Part shown: positions 1 through 10,916 of the stretch, piece after piece
Position numbering within the stretch: the stretch's first letter is position 1
How the letters are laid out: every line of letters starts with the position of its first letter
NCBI RefSeq assembly: GCF_902459465.1
Contig: NC_047062.1
Location: 16,244,001 to 16,308,000, forward strand
Source: Asterias rubens
Taxonomy: Eukaryota
Direction of reading: 5' to 3'
DNA: 64,000 nt
The notes under the pieces: generated by a model
Told to the model about the DNA's origin: nothing
Seen by the model: only the letters and a program-made list of their open reading frames with translations
The model's database searches: none
Program-made: the position numbers and the translations under genes

Positions 1-398
1 TTGCTTTGCTGATAAATATATTTTTTATTCTGCCAATTTATGTATCAGTTTTGCTGAATAACTGTTGAATATTACAAATTTATGTAACTATTCTCTCTAG
101 CCATTGTTCATTTGTGTTTGCAAATTTTTTGTAAAGTTTTGCCCATAGTTGTTTTTGTATAGTTTTCGCAGATAATTACAGTTGTTATGCCGATAAACAC
201 ATTTGTATGTGCCAATTAATGTTGTAGTTTTCCCGATAAGTTTATTTAATTCACCAAACTATACATAGGACAGCCTCTGTAATAAGTGTAGTTTTAGTTG
301 AGATATAAATATCATTGATGCCAAGTAACGCATATTGTACATAAACAGAGACAAACCTCACCTCATAACCTAACAATAAATATCTGTTTTTCTTACAG

Positions 399-3300
399 GC
401 CGGAAGAAGATCCAGTGAGTTTTACCGAGATACTGTATCCGATGAGGAATCCGATAATGAGTCAATTGAGTCACCTTCAAGAAAACCATCACTTGTGGTA
501 AGTGGCTTTTTCCCTGTCTCATCCAACGTTTACGTATAGAGTAGTGTTTTTGAAAATAGTCAACATCAACATTTCTCCCAATTACGCTCGGAGCATACTG
601 AGTTATCAACCACCGTTTTCTTTTTCGAATCAACACTACTCAAAAGAGATTTTTACAAATGGTGCTACAACAAAACCTCACACACAATCACTTTGCAATA
701 GGGTTCTTCAGGCCTGGAATTATCTAGAGGCATGTTATCTGGTGCCCTGGTCTTGGCCTTGGTGCCCCTTCAAAAGTTTCCCATAAAAGGTTTCCCATAA
801 AATTTTGATCTTTCAAGGGAAAGGACTTGTGCCAAATGAAAATGGCCTAGCCCTCCCAATGATGAAATTCTATGCCTGGTTCTTATAACTCGTTTTAGGA
901 CACACAATCTATTTTGATGACTCCCTTTATTTGTGTACCGGTATTAATCAAAACAATGTTGTTGTTTTTGTGTGGCAATACACAGGATGAGAGTAACCCA
1001 GCAAGAAGAGGTAGCTTATCAGCTTGCTCTGACTCGACCAGAACACCAGACTCAAGGAGCCCGGATAAACAAGATCAACCACTTGGTAAGATCTTAAGAC
1101 ATGTTTCCGTGTTTTCGTTGGATGTTTTTTATTGTTTTTAACTTTTCGTAAGTATGTTAAAGTAAAACTCAATTCAGCCTCCTTAAGGCCGTGAAGCTTT
1201 TATTTCTGAAATAAACCAATCAATAATAATAATGATATAATTCAGAGGTGTAGGAATTTGAACCTTCAAGCATAAACAAACAAACAGAAAACTAAAGTAG
1301 TTTCTGACGATTTCCTTTCCTTTTCTTGTACCCCAACAGCCAACAACCTTAGCCAAAGACTAAGCCGTAACAGCATCGAGTTTGATGGCAATGTGTCCAG
1401 CACACACAGTGATGAAGAAAGAGACAGAGCCATGATGGAGAGAAGCAACTTAACCCGGAAGAGAGAGTCAAACAGAGACTCTGGAATCGGCAGCATGACG
1501 CTGTCCGAACATGCTGCAGTTGAGGGTGATAAGGACGGTAGTGGCTCTAGTAGACGTCCTGATCGGGGCAATAAGACCTCTGAGGACTTATCTAAGAAGA
1601 TTGATCCCGTTCGGAAGCGTCTTGGATTGGATGATAGTGAGGAGGATGATGACAATGCCATCGTGGAAGTTGTCGAAGGCCCAGACAGCCCAGATGAGTT
1701 GGAAGCCTTAGAGACATTGCCAGAAACAGTTAACAATGCTGCTGTTGGACATGAAGATGCCGTAGACTTAGAGACATTGCCTTCATACATTAAAAAGTTT
1801 TCACCATCGGAACCTTTCAAGCTTCGTCATTCAAACATCAAAGGCTACCGACCTCTGGGTGCTCGTAAGAACGGGGATGTGTGGATTCCTATGTCTCTTG
1901 GCCCTCACATGAGGAGCAGGAGTGTATCGTATGGCAATCGGCCTTTTAGTGCTGACGCCGCAATGCATACGCCACATCAGAGAATGCCCCTCTCCCGCTG
2001 CAACAGTGAGGACAGACAGATGTTGGCAGCAGTCAGTGAGATGTATAGTAGATCTCGCTCAGATCCTAATATGCTAGAGACCAGCGCATGTGAGGACAGA
2101 AGCAGGTCTGCCTGTTGTATCCCAACTTACACTGAACATCCTCATACACCGGAATCACCTCAAGCAGTGTCGGAGGAATCCTCTACTTTCTCTTCAAATG
2201 AGAACCTTTTGGAGTCTGTCAACAATGCCTTCAAATTGTTGGGAGAAAAGTATTCTCAACTTGATCTCTCTGAAAATAAAGATGAGGACGAAAGCGAATC
2301 GTCAAAGGATGGAACAGAAAGTACAGCAAATACTATTTCAGCTGGAACTGAGTCAACGGAGGAGAGAACCATCATAGAGCCTCCTCCAATGGAAGAACCA
2401 AAACAAAAGATAGTTGTTCAACCTAAAGTTAAACCACGTACTAAAACAGTCAACAAGCTTGCTCGTGAGTTTAGCCGAAAGGCCAAGGAAAGTCCAAAAT
2501 TGATTGTGACAAGACAGTCAAGTAGTGACTCATGCTTGGAGCAGACTGATTCTGCTTTTGGAGATGTTTCCTCTGCAAAGGACGATAAGGGTGTGGATGT
2601 TGTAGTGAGAAGCAAAAGGGTAACAAAAGTCACCAGTAGATTTGAAACTTTCCAGAGAGCGATGACGGAGAATGAAAAATGGCAGGCACCATCTAGAAGG
2701 GCGAGGTATATCTCAGATTCCGTCTTTCATGCCGTCCCAGTGACAGCAACAGGATCATCATCAGAGGAGGAAAAGACCCAAGACACACCGACCTCAACAT
2801 TCAGTCGTAGTGCTCGCAACAGACGTTCAGTACGTGATGTTGTGAGGAGATTTGAGAAGCCCAAATCCCTCAAAAAGGAATCCAAAGCGGTGACTCCAAC
2901 AGTGATGGGGATACAGGAGCGGCTACAATCCATCAGGCAGAATGCAGAGTTCCACAAACAGTCTAATCAACAGGTCGGTAGCTCAATAAAGTCACTCCGG
3001 GAGAGGAGACAGGAACTACAGGAATGGGTATCAAGACCAATCCAGAGGAGATACCATAAGAGCGAAGGAAACTACCTGGAGCTCTACCATTCTGATACGG
3101 CATCTTACTGTAGCGCATCAGAAGAGCCTGATGGTATGAGTAGCTATGCTAGCAGTGCACAGAGCAGCACAAATACCTCGCCTGTCCATGTTCCCAGGGT
3201 AAACCTCCACCTTGATTCAACTGAAACATCCTCCACGAACTCCTCCTCTAACAATGAAACAGCAGAGAGTAAGGAGCCCATCCTCTTTCGATCACTCAAA

Positions 3301-3825
3301 GAACGCTTTCAAGAGCTTGAAAAGGCCGTCTCTAAGCCTGTACGCAGAACCTGCGCCGACCCTAAGAAAGAGATTGATGCAGAAAAGCACAGCAAAGCAG
3401 AGGAGAACAAGTCACTGTCGGAGGAAACTTACCTCCCGTCGGAGGAAACTCCACTCTCGTCAGAGGAAACTCTCTTCCTGTCTGAGGAAACTCTAGTCTC
3501 ATTGGACGAAACTCTGGTCTCTTTTGAGGAAACTCTAGTCCCGTCGGAGGAAACTCCAGTTTCGTCGGAGGAAACTCCAGTTTCGTCGGAGGAAACTCTA
3601 ATCCCAACCATCGAGGAGAGTCAAGAGGTTGATGGCGAGAGTTCTCATCCCAAATCCAGGTCCAACAGCAGTCCCTTGATGTTAGAGGCTGTGACAAGCT
3701 CGGACCAGCTAAAGAGAGCTACCTCATGTGAGAGCAACTACACCGATGCTAGATCGGAGCTATCGGCTCAAGATTCATCAGAAGACAGCTTTCATTCAGG
3801 CTATGCAACTCCTACAGAATCTTAA
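399..3825 (+). CDS. 3' part of a multi-exon gene (5' end outside window) with a long Ser/Glu-rich disordered tail; tentatively a PLEKHG1/2/3-like RhoGEF C-terminus
   Basis: Exons 399-497 (AGRRSSEFYRDTVSDEES..), 986-1085 and 1340-3825 have canonical AG/GT sites and matching phases 0,0,1. The terminal exon is open for about 828 codons. Motifs TVNKLAREFSRKAK and LFRSLKERFQEL resemble, from memory, the VYQLARQYS and VQSLREKFQ motifs of PLEKHG1/3; human PLEKHG3 neighbours PPP1R36. The CDS is well supported, the family call is weak. Confidence 0.75.
707..880. mobile_element. hAT-like MITE family with CAGGCCTG termini (related copies at about 14240-14400 and 28870-29020)
   Basis: Inverted ends caggcctggaatt...aattc-atgcctg and a shared internal ggtgccc/cttgaa/ccata block across copies; TSDs are degenerate. 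Confidence 0.55.
3415..3603 (+). repeat. Coding minisatellite: 9 copies of a 21-bp unit encoding xSEET(P/L)x heptads
   Basis: LSEETYL-PSEETPL-SSEETLF-LSEETLV-SLDETLV-SFEETLV-PSEETPV-SSEETPV-SSEETLI; the DNA core tcggaggaaact recurs every 21 bp. Confidence 0.95.
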
Positions 3826-4270
3826 CATTTAATCACTGACACGGAGTGTCAAGAATCAAATTATCAACCTCGATAATTTTAAACCTTATAGTTTTATACA
3901 GAGATGTAGTCAACATAAAACAGAATTGTCAAATTGTTTGATACACATTTATGAAAAGTCTTTTTTCATTTTGATCATTACTCAGGATTTTTTTCCTGAA
4001 GCATTTCTAAGCCAAAGAAGTTCAACGTGAAGCTCAAGTATGACCCTACCTTTAAGAAGCAAAACATCATTAAAAGGGAATTTTCCGGTACAACAATGAG
4101 AGGGGAAAAAATTATGGTTAGCAGAACTAGGTATACAAGCAAAAAAAATACCACATCAAATATACAATCTATGACTGGTATTCTGCTTGTTTTTGCTTAG
4201 CATAAAATTGCTAAACAAATTGCTTCAGCAGCTGTATGAAATTGGACCCTTGGGTTCCGAGAAGGACCAG

Positions 4271-4396
4271 GGGGGGATTTCACAAAGAGTAAAGACTAGT
4301 CTTATCTCGAGTTAGGACTAGCCCTTAAGTTTTTAATAACTCCTAAAGAGTCCTAGGATTAATCCTACGTTAGAAGTATCTTTGTGTTATCAACCC
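4271..4396. mobile_element. Harbinger-like MITE, GGGTGGATTTCACAAA TIR family (other copies 18427-18937, 33149-33249, 34727-34893)
   Basis: Shared TIR and TTAGGA/TCCTAA-rich interior. The copy at 33149-33249 has a perfect CAG target-site duplication; a 3-bp CWG TSD is typical of some PIF/Harbinger elements. Confidence 0.7.
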
Positions 4397-6241
4397 TTGG
4401 GGTTATATTTGTGGGTTCCTGCATCTGATAGGTGCCACGACTCACACAGTCCTTCAAATTCGAAATCCCCAAATAGTCTTCACATCACTTGCGGGAACCT
4501 AAAAGACATTTTTGATAGTGCCAATGTATTTTACAGATCCACTGCTCCAGTTTTACTATCATATTTTTGTATGATTATTAATTCAGTGTAGATATACATG
4601 TACGTAATGAAGTAAACGCTAACTTGAAACCAATGATTGTTTTTTTAATTTAATCTATACGACTTTGAATTTTATCATTCAGATACCCAAAGATAAAGAA
4701 TATTTCTGTACATAAATATATATTATTTACTTTCTGTGTAAATACAACTTTTGACTAGGCCTCATTTGAGGCATTTATTGTAAGTTAAACAATTACCAAC
4801 GTATAAAAGCAGTGTACATGTATATCTACCGTAAATCTTACTTTATTTTAATTGGTGGGTATTTTCTTCGCTTTTTAATGGTGCCAACGTTCACTGTGCT
4901 TTGTTCTACAGTGAGTTATTTTTGTGAGTGTACATTTGTAAAGTAATATTGTACATTGTTATCTACATTTTATTTTTTGTCTTGTCGATAGTCCTTGTGT
5001 ACTGCTTAAAGCATATCGTGTTTCTGTATAGTTTCTATTGTGTATCAAGCCTTGTACTGTAGAGTGCCAAGGACTGATCCCTGCGGACTCTGACGATGCC
5101 AACAAAAACTTCACTCTAAGTTGTTGTGTACTTAAAAGTCGTTAGATGTGTGGTATAGATGCAATGTAATCATCTTTAGAACAAAGACAAACAACATGGG
5201 CCCAATTTCATAGAGCTGCTCAAGCAGGCAATTTTGCTGAACAATTTATCTGCTGAGCCTAAATTTAGCAGTGATACCAGTCAAAAATGGTGCATATGAA
5301 ATGGTACGTTGGTTGGTATACGTTTATCTGATCAGCATAATTTTGTTGTGCTTAGCTGGTTTTTGTTCTTAAGCAGCTTTCTGAAATTGGGCCAACAGTT
5401 TTCAGTTGGCACAAAAAAGGGACTTCATTGCCTCTGTTCTTGACCCTGGTGATTCTTTAAATATTCCCACAGACAAAATAAAATACCCTGTGTAAAATGA
5501 AAATGTCTCATCCCTTCCCTTATGTAACACTAGGGCCCAGTTTCATAGAGCTGCTTAAGCACCAAAAGTAGCTTAGTAGCACAACAAAACTTTGCTTACC
5601 AGAATAAGGTTACCAGCCAAACTTTCATGTCACATGTACGATTTGCAGTTGGTATCCTGCTAATTCCTGTTTAGCAGACAGTTGTCAAGCAATATTTTCT
5701 GCTTAATTAAGCCCTGGCCTGAAAAGAATTCTTCTATTTGGAGATCAAATATTTCTGTCTGGAGGGAATGAAAGTAGAATACTAAAAGTCGGTAATGTTG
5801 TATGATCAGATTGTTAATAACAGTGTTCAGTCCAATATTCTCTCTTTCTGTCGGCCTCCCGCAGATTTGTTTTCAAAATTTCATTCAACAATGATTTAGT
5901 GTGTGGCATCTCTCAAAAGGTTTAGCTCATTAATCGCTCTGATCGGACATTACAATCCATCCCTTCAAATGACATGGGGCCAATTTCATGTAGCCTGTAA
6001 GCACAACAACCTGCAAAGCACAGAATAGTATTGCTTAGCAGAAACAGGTAACCAGCCCACATAACATGATATTATCATTGTTGTGGCTGGTGCCTGACTG
6101 TTTTTTTGCTTAGCAAAGAAATTTGTTAATCAGCAACAGCTTACAGAAATTTGGCCCTGTGGTATAAATGCAAACATTGTTAACGGCCCCAGCAGATTCT
6201 TTGTCAAAGGCTAAGGGGAAGACTCTGCTATAGGGTCACAG

Positions 6242-6529
6242 CATAGAGTTATGTATAAGAACTAGAGGGCGCACTGGCCTATATACACGCTCCGGCATGC
6301 ACACAGGCGGCCATTTTCTAAGTTGACAAAACAGCCATCCACAGCGTGTGTTTGTGCGGCCATTTTGTAAGTTGAACAGTATCGCGTGAGCGTTCAATAA
6401 AAAAACTTAAAACGCGTATTTCATATCCAACGCGCGTACAGAATGGCGCACTTGTCATCTTGCGGTCCTGTCGCGTTTGTGCAAGCAGCATCACCAGTGC
6501 GCCCTCTAGTTCTTATATATAACTCTATG
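6242..6529. mobile_element. 288-bp hAT-like MITE
   Basis: About 36-bp TIR CATAGAGTTAT(G/A)TATAAGAACTAGAGGGCGCACTGG and an 8-bp TSD ggtcacag/ggtcacaa. Confidence 0.85.
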
Positions 6530-7042
6530 GGTCACAAACATCAGCCATTAACAACGTGTAGTTGTCTGGAAAATTTTACTGGAGTTGATTCAGGCCGACT
6601 TTGTGAAGAATCCTTGAAATAATTTTGTCTTTATATTCCTTTCACATTTACACTATTTTTTTTTGTCCCAAAAGATCTTGATATTTTTTTACTGATGGAT
6701 AATTTTTAATGGATACCAATCACTATTTGTTATGTGTTATCATAAAATTTGTATTGATACTCCTTGAACAAAAGTGCTTAAAACAATTATACCTCTGATT
6801 GAAGTCACTTCAGTGATTTGTTCGATTTCTAACTAGATGTTTAAAACAAATCACTTTTATATTCACGTTTGACCATACATTCTGACATTTCCCAAGAATC
6901 TACACAAATCAAAACAAAACTGATACAGTAATTAATCAGATTATGTTTCAAGGGTATGAAATAGGACTCTGGCTTCACAAATGAATATTTACTTTTTTGG
7001 ACCCAGGTGGGGTAAAAGCGTGGGTCAGGTCTGGGCAAGTAA

Positions 7043-7206
7043 ATTGCTAAAGCCCAATTCGTACTTCCTGTGAATGCAAATTTGACTTCACAATTCTGCT
7101 TTTTTGTCGTAACTGTTTGGCAAGAACAGCTCAACTCTTGCAAATTGTTCACTGCTTTTTTGTGGCGTCAATTTGCTTTGCATTTACAGGAAATATGAAC
7201 CGGGAT
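7043..7206. mobile_element. MITE with AAGCCCGGTTCATACTT-type TIR (second copy about 15738-15908)
   Basis: Inverted ends aagcccaattcgtacttcctgtg...tttacaggaaatatgaaccggg; the shared gtcaa(a)atttgctttgcatt block is present in both copies. Confidence 0.65.
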
Positions 7207-7580
7207 GGATTTTGGGCTATAAGGGTCAGGGTAAACCAGCGTAGTGAGTATTGACCTCTCTTAACAAGGTATATCTACTTAACTATTCTGTAGTATTTAC
7301 TACATGGCAAGTCTCTTGTATAGTTAATGTATTATATTTATTTATCCAAGAAAATAATTTGTATTTTGGGTGCTCTTTGAAAGAAGCCATGTTGTACAAA
7401 AAACACAAAATGTATATAAAATTCAATATTCTGGATTTCTACTTCTTGAAATGTACTTTCTATACTAAAACTAAGTTATGTTCATGTTGCATAATAAGCT
7501 GGAATGGAGGCTTTTGCACTTGTTTTAAGACAAAGATAACAAGGTCCCCTATCAAAGCTTTCCTCTAAGTTAAACTTGAC

Positions 7581-8246
7581 TTAAGCAAGTACTTTCAAGA
7601 TTTCCTGTGGAAAATGAAGAAGTAATTGGTGAATGTTATGTGGAAAAACAAAACACTCTTGCAGAATAAAATTGTTTGAAGAAACAGTTTTCATTTTTGA
7701 ATATTGTGTATATTCATTAATCAATATCATTTCATTGTGGCTGTGCAAAAAACTCACATCTTCAAAAAATAGCCCTTGCAACACACACCTGTGAAAAAGT
7801 GGTTCATTACTATTCGGATGTACACACAAAACCTAAGTGGTGCTGAGGTCTTTTGTACAGAGCCTCCTTTGTGCAAAAACCCCTGATGATATACAAACTT
7901 TAAGATAAGTTTTTGCCTGCAACAGCAATCGCAATACACCTTGCTTTAAACCACTGACGTAGATGTCTACCTTGCCTCTTGCTCCATAGTATGAAACTAA
8001 AATGAACAATGTGGAAATTGAAGCAAAATGTAAGACTTTAAAGTTGACTCTGCAGACCATGGAGTAAGTATTGCTCCATGCTGCAGACATTCTGGTGAGA
8101 GGATTGTGCAGCTTTTGGATCCAAATCAGTAAAGTCTGGAAAGCTTTCTTTGTCAATTGTTAAATGATTTTACCTTGAGTTGTACCCAACCACTGGTCTC
8201 GTTATAACAGATAACCAACTCATTGTCTAGAATTCTTTCCACTATA
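7581..8246 (-). other. Candidate spliced micro-exon transcript (exons 8246-8174, 7996-7971, 7788-7758, 7604-3' end); small protein or lncRNA
   Basis: Four strong polypyrimidine-AG acceptors and donors AAG|GTAAAA, AAG|GTAGAC and GAT|GTGAGT. One frame is open across all junctions: IVERILDNELVICYNETSGWVQLK-FHTMEQEAR-CVLQGLFFED-EILKVLA*. Not recognised. Confidence 0.5.
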
Positions 8247-8329
8247 CTGAAGGAAAAAAACATCCTGGCACCAACCATATACCACAGCATATGTTTTCCA
8301 CAGTGCTCTCTGCATTAACTAACCCTAAT

Positions 8330-8451
8330 AAGCCATTTTGAGGTAGTGGACACAATATACTGTGACACTATTTGGTTTGGGTAAATTTGTCTGTAGACAC
8401 CCAAACCAGACGGTGCACTCATATAGTGTCCACAATACCTCAAAAAGGCTA
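8330..8451. mobile_element. Short MITE with AGCCATTTTGAGGTA(G/TT)GTGGACAC-type TIR
   Basis: Inverted ends taagccattttgaggtagtggacac / gtgtccacaatacctcaaaaaggctaa; possible TAA TSD. Confidence 0.55.
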
Positions 8452-8694
8452 ATGCAAATGGCTCCCAAGTGGTTTGTCAGGTGCACTGTGAGGTCTAATT
8501 CTGTCTACAAATCAATTTTGGCATGAGGTATCAGAAATGACGCTTAAGTTGCACATTTAAAGCACAATAGTTTTCAACACAGAATCTCTTTATGAAAAGC
8601 AGTTTGACAAATATCTTTATCATCGATATTTAACACCAATTGAATATTTATGAAGTTAAATATTCATAAAGTTTTTCAGAGATTGAACCATCAG

Positions 8695-8864
8695 GGCCCA
8701 ATTTCATAAAGCTGTTTAGCAGAAAATACTGCTTGAATAATTTCTTTGCTAAGCAAAAACTGAGTGGGCACCAGTCACAACAATGTAAACCTGATGTAAT
8801 TTAGGCTGGTAACTTGTCTTTGCTTAGCAAGTTATTGTGCTAACAGGCTTTATGAAGTTGGGCC
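8695..8864. mobile_element. Harbinger-like MITE, GGCCCAATTTCATA(G/A)AGCTG TIR family (further copies at about 5199-5393, 5534, 5977-6156, 15514, 21028-21264, 29308, 57076-57172)
   Basis: This copy has a perfect CAG TSD (8692-8694 and 8865-8867); the TIR recurs at least eight times in the window. Confidence 0.8.
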
Positions 8865-10107
8865 CAGATGTGTGACTGTACCATCCACATTATGCTGCAC
8901 TTTTGTTGTGAAGTTTTAAACTATTTTTGTGTAGGAACTGTACTTTCTAATGATGTTCTTTTCTGGTTTATTTAACAACCTTATTTAAAAGTTCTCAGTG
9001 CAGGTTAAAAACTTGCATGACCTGATGATATGGATGCCTTGTACAATAAAGATATCCGTCATGAATTTATAAAATGTTGTGTTAGGTGGAGGTTTATTCT
9101 TTGTGTCAGACCAGTGATTTCACTGGAATTTTTTATGATTTCAGAATTTTAAACAACAAATCATTTGCCTTGAAACTGTGTCTAGAAAGACCTAAATTGT
9201 CCAAAGGAATGTTTTCATTGGCCCTTATGGACATGATAGGGTTTTCACTAACTTTGGACTACGCCCCAATTTTATAAATTTATATAGGAAGCACAAAAAG
9301 ATGATGCTGCTATGGTTGAATTATTCAACCAGATATATTGGCACTCAATATTCACTTTTCTCAGTCCTATCCTTTATGCTTTGCAGAATTTCATAGACCC
9401 TAAAAATTGGTCCTAGGTATAGGACTGGCTCGGACGGTTGGAAAAACTACACATGTAGGGGTGTTTTGACCATTGACCTAGAGAGGGAATTACTTGTCGA
9501 GCACTGGACTCACCATATTTAATTGAGCAGAGGATTAAAGTTCAAGAGTCAATGAATAATTACTGTAAAAAGCTGTGAGACTTCTGGGTATTTTTTGTGT
9601 AGTTTTTTAAAATATTAATCATGTTGTACTGATGCTATGGGAGTTTGTTTACCCCTGCCCTACAAGTGCCATTGATTACTGTTCAAGTTGTATACGCTTT
9701 GATAATTTCGATGTTGACAAAACTGGTTTTCCATGAATTTTACACCCTCATCATAATTTACACTCCGGCCAGACAATTTTTTATTTTTGGATTTAAAATA
9801 GGCGTCGAATAAGGGCAGGCCGTATAACCAGTTGAAGTTCTTGTATGTGGGCGAACATGATAGAAAATGTACAACAATACCCTTGTCCGCGTGATGGGAC
9901 GCGGGGCGTGTCTCTGGGGATAGTGTGCCCCGCCCTCAGAAAAAATTGCAGCTTTATATATTGTTTCTGCATATTGTCCATCGTCTGCCTCCGTCCTCTA
10001 TATATATAGGCCTACATCTTATGCCTATATATGTCTAATAAAACGATAACAAATGTGGGGGAATGTTGTGGGATGGACGACGGAGTCGGAGTAAAGGCCT
10101 ACGACAC

Positions 10108-10377
10108 TAGTTGCGATAACGTAACCCTCCTGCCGACGCGTCGGCAGCAGGGTTACGTTCAGGGACTTTTCGTTTTCGACGACGGATGGTTCTGCGACGG
10201 TTGTTCAGCTAAACGTTGTCGTTTTTCAGCACAACGAAGATTCATCCCAAAAGTACTGTCGTAGAAATTGAGGGACGACCGTCCTCAAAGCCGACGCATG
10301 CGCAGATGACGCCAAATGTCATCTTTACTGTCGCAGAACCATCCGTCGTCAAAAACGAAAAGTCCCTATCGCAACTA
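10108..10377. mobile_element. 270-bp non-autonomous element with TAGTTGCGAT termini and a 9-bp TSD (MULE-like)
   Basis: Perfect TSD ctacgacac (10099-10107 and 10378-10386); internal palindrome of about 41 bp and inverted arms of about 38 bp. Confidence 0.8.
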
Positions 10378-10675
10378 CTACGACACAAACTTTTTAAGTT
10401 ATTTGTTTGTTTACGTTGGGATCTGGAAAGACTTTTTTGTGTTTTTTTTGCGGATGCTTCTTGAGGACTTTTTTGTTTTGTTTATTTGTTTAGGCCTACT
10501 CTACTTATTTTTTTGTACTTTTATGGGAACCACCCCCCCCCCCCTCCAAAAAATAAATAAAAAATTGTTCACCCCCTTGCTTGTGCCCCCCCCCCCCCTT
10601 AAATTTTACTAAGGTTGTCACTTTTCAGAGCTATCGAAGTGTCATCTCTTCATCATCGCGCATCATGTGGATTGC

Positions 10676-10692
10676 GTTGTTCCTAGGAGATT
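10676..10692. promoter_or_regulatory. Possible RFX X-box upstream of PPP1R36
   Basis: gttcctaggagat resembles an X-box palindrome about 230 bp upstream of the predicted ATG; the match is weak. Confidence 0.2.
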
Positions 10693-10916
10693 TCATTGGT
10701 ACTCTTCACAAAACGCTTGAATAACGGGTGGTTATTGATGGGCACCAGCGTGGACGATTTCACACAGCGGCGGTTGCAGTCATAAACACGATCCATGCAC
10801 TGAGCCAAGTTCCAAATAATCATATTAATTGTACGTACAATTTGATTGCAATTGTCGTGTTATCCAAGTATGTCTGTCTTATCAACATACACTGTGCATT
10901 CCTCATAAAAGAAGCT

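Noticed and set aside
1393-1395. GTG start of the 810-aa ORF as a true initiation codon
   Set aside because: The frame continues upstream to an acceptor at 1339 and joins two earlier exons in phase, so it is an internal codon.
1266-3697. Minus-strand and alternate-frame ORFs over the large exon (for example 1266-1820, 3362-3697, 3429-3611)
   Set aside because: Shadow ORFs of a Ser-rich, repeat-containing coding exon; no independent splice or homology support.
7833-8156. 107-aa minus-strand ORF as a single-exon gene
   Set aside because: It crosses strong splice signals that define smaller exons, and it was not recognised.
8990-9065. Box C/D snoRNA candidate on the minus strand (ATGACGG...CTGA, about 68 nt)
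   Set aside because: The C box is poor, there are no clear C'/D' boxes, and the guide matches the 18S GCAGUUAAAAA region only with an indel.
10530-10600. Poly-C tracts (also 41411, 55956; poly-G 11862, 27231, 39434) as functional G-quadruplexes
   Set aside because: Simple homopolymers scattered through introns, with no evidence of function.
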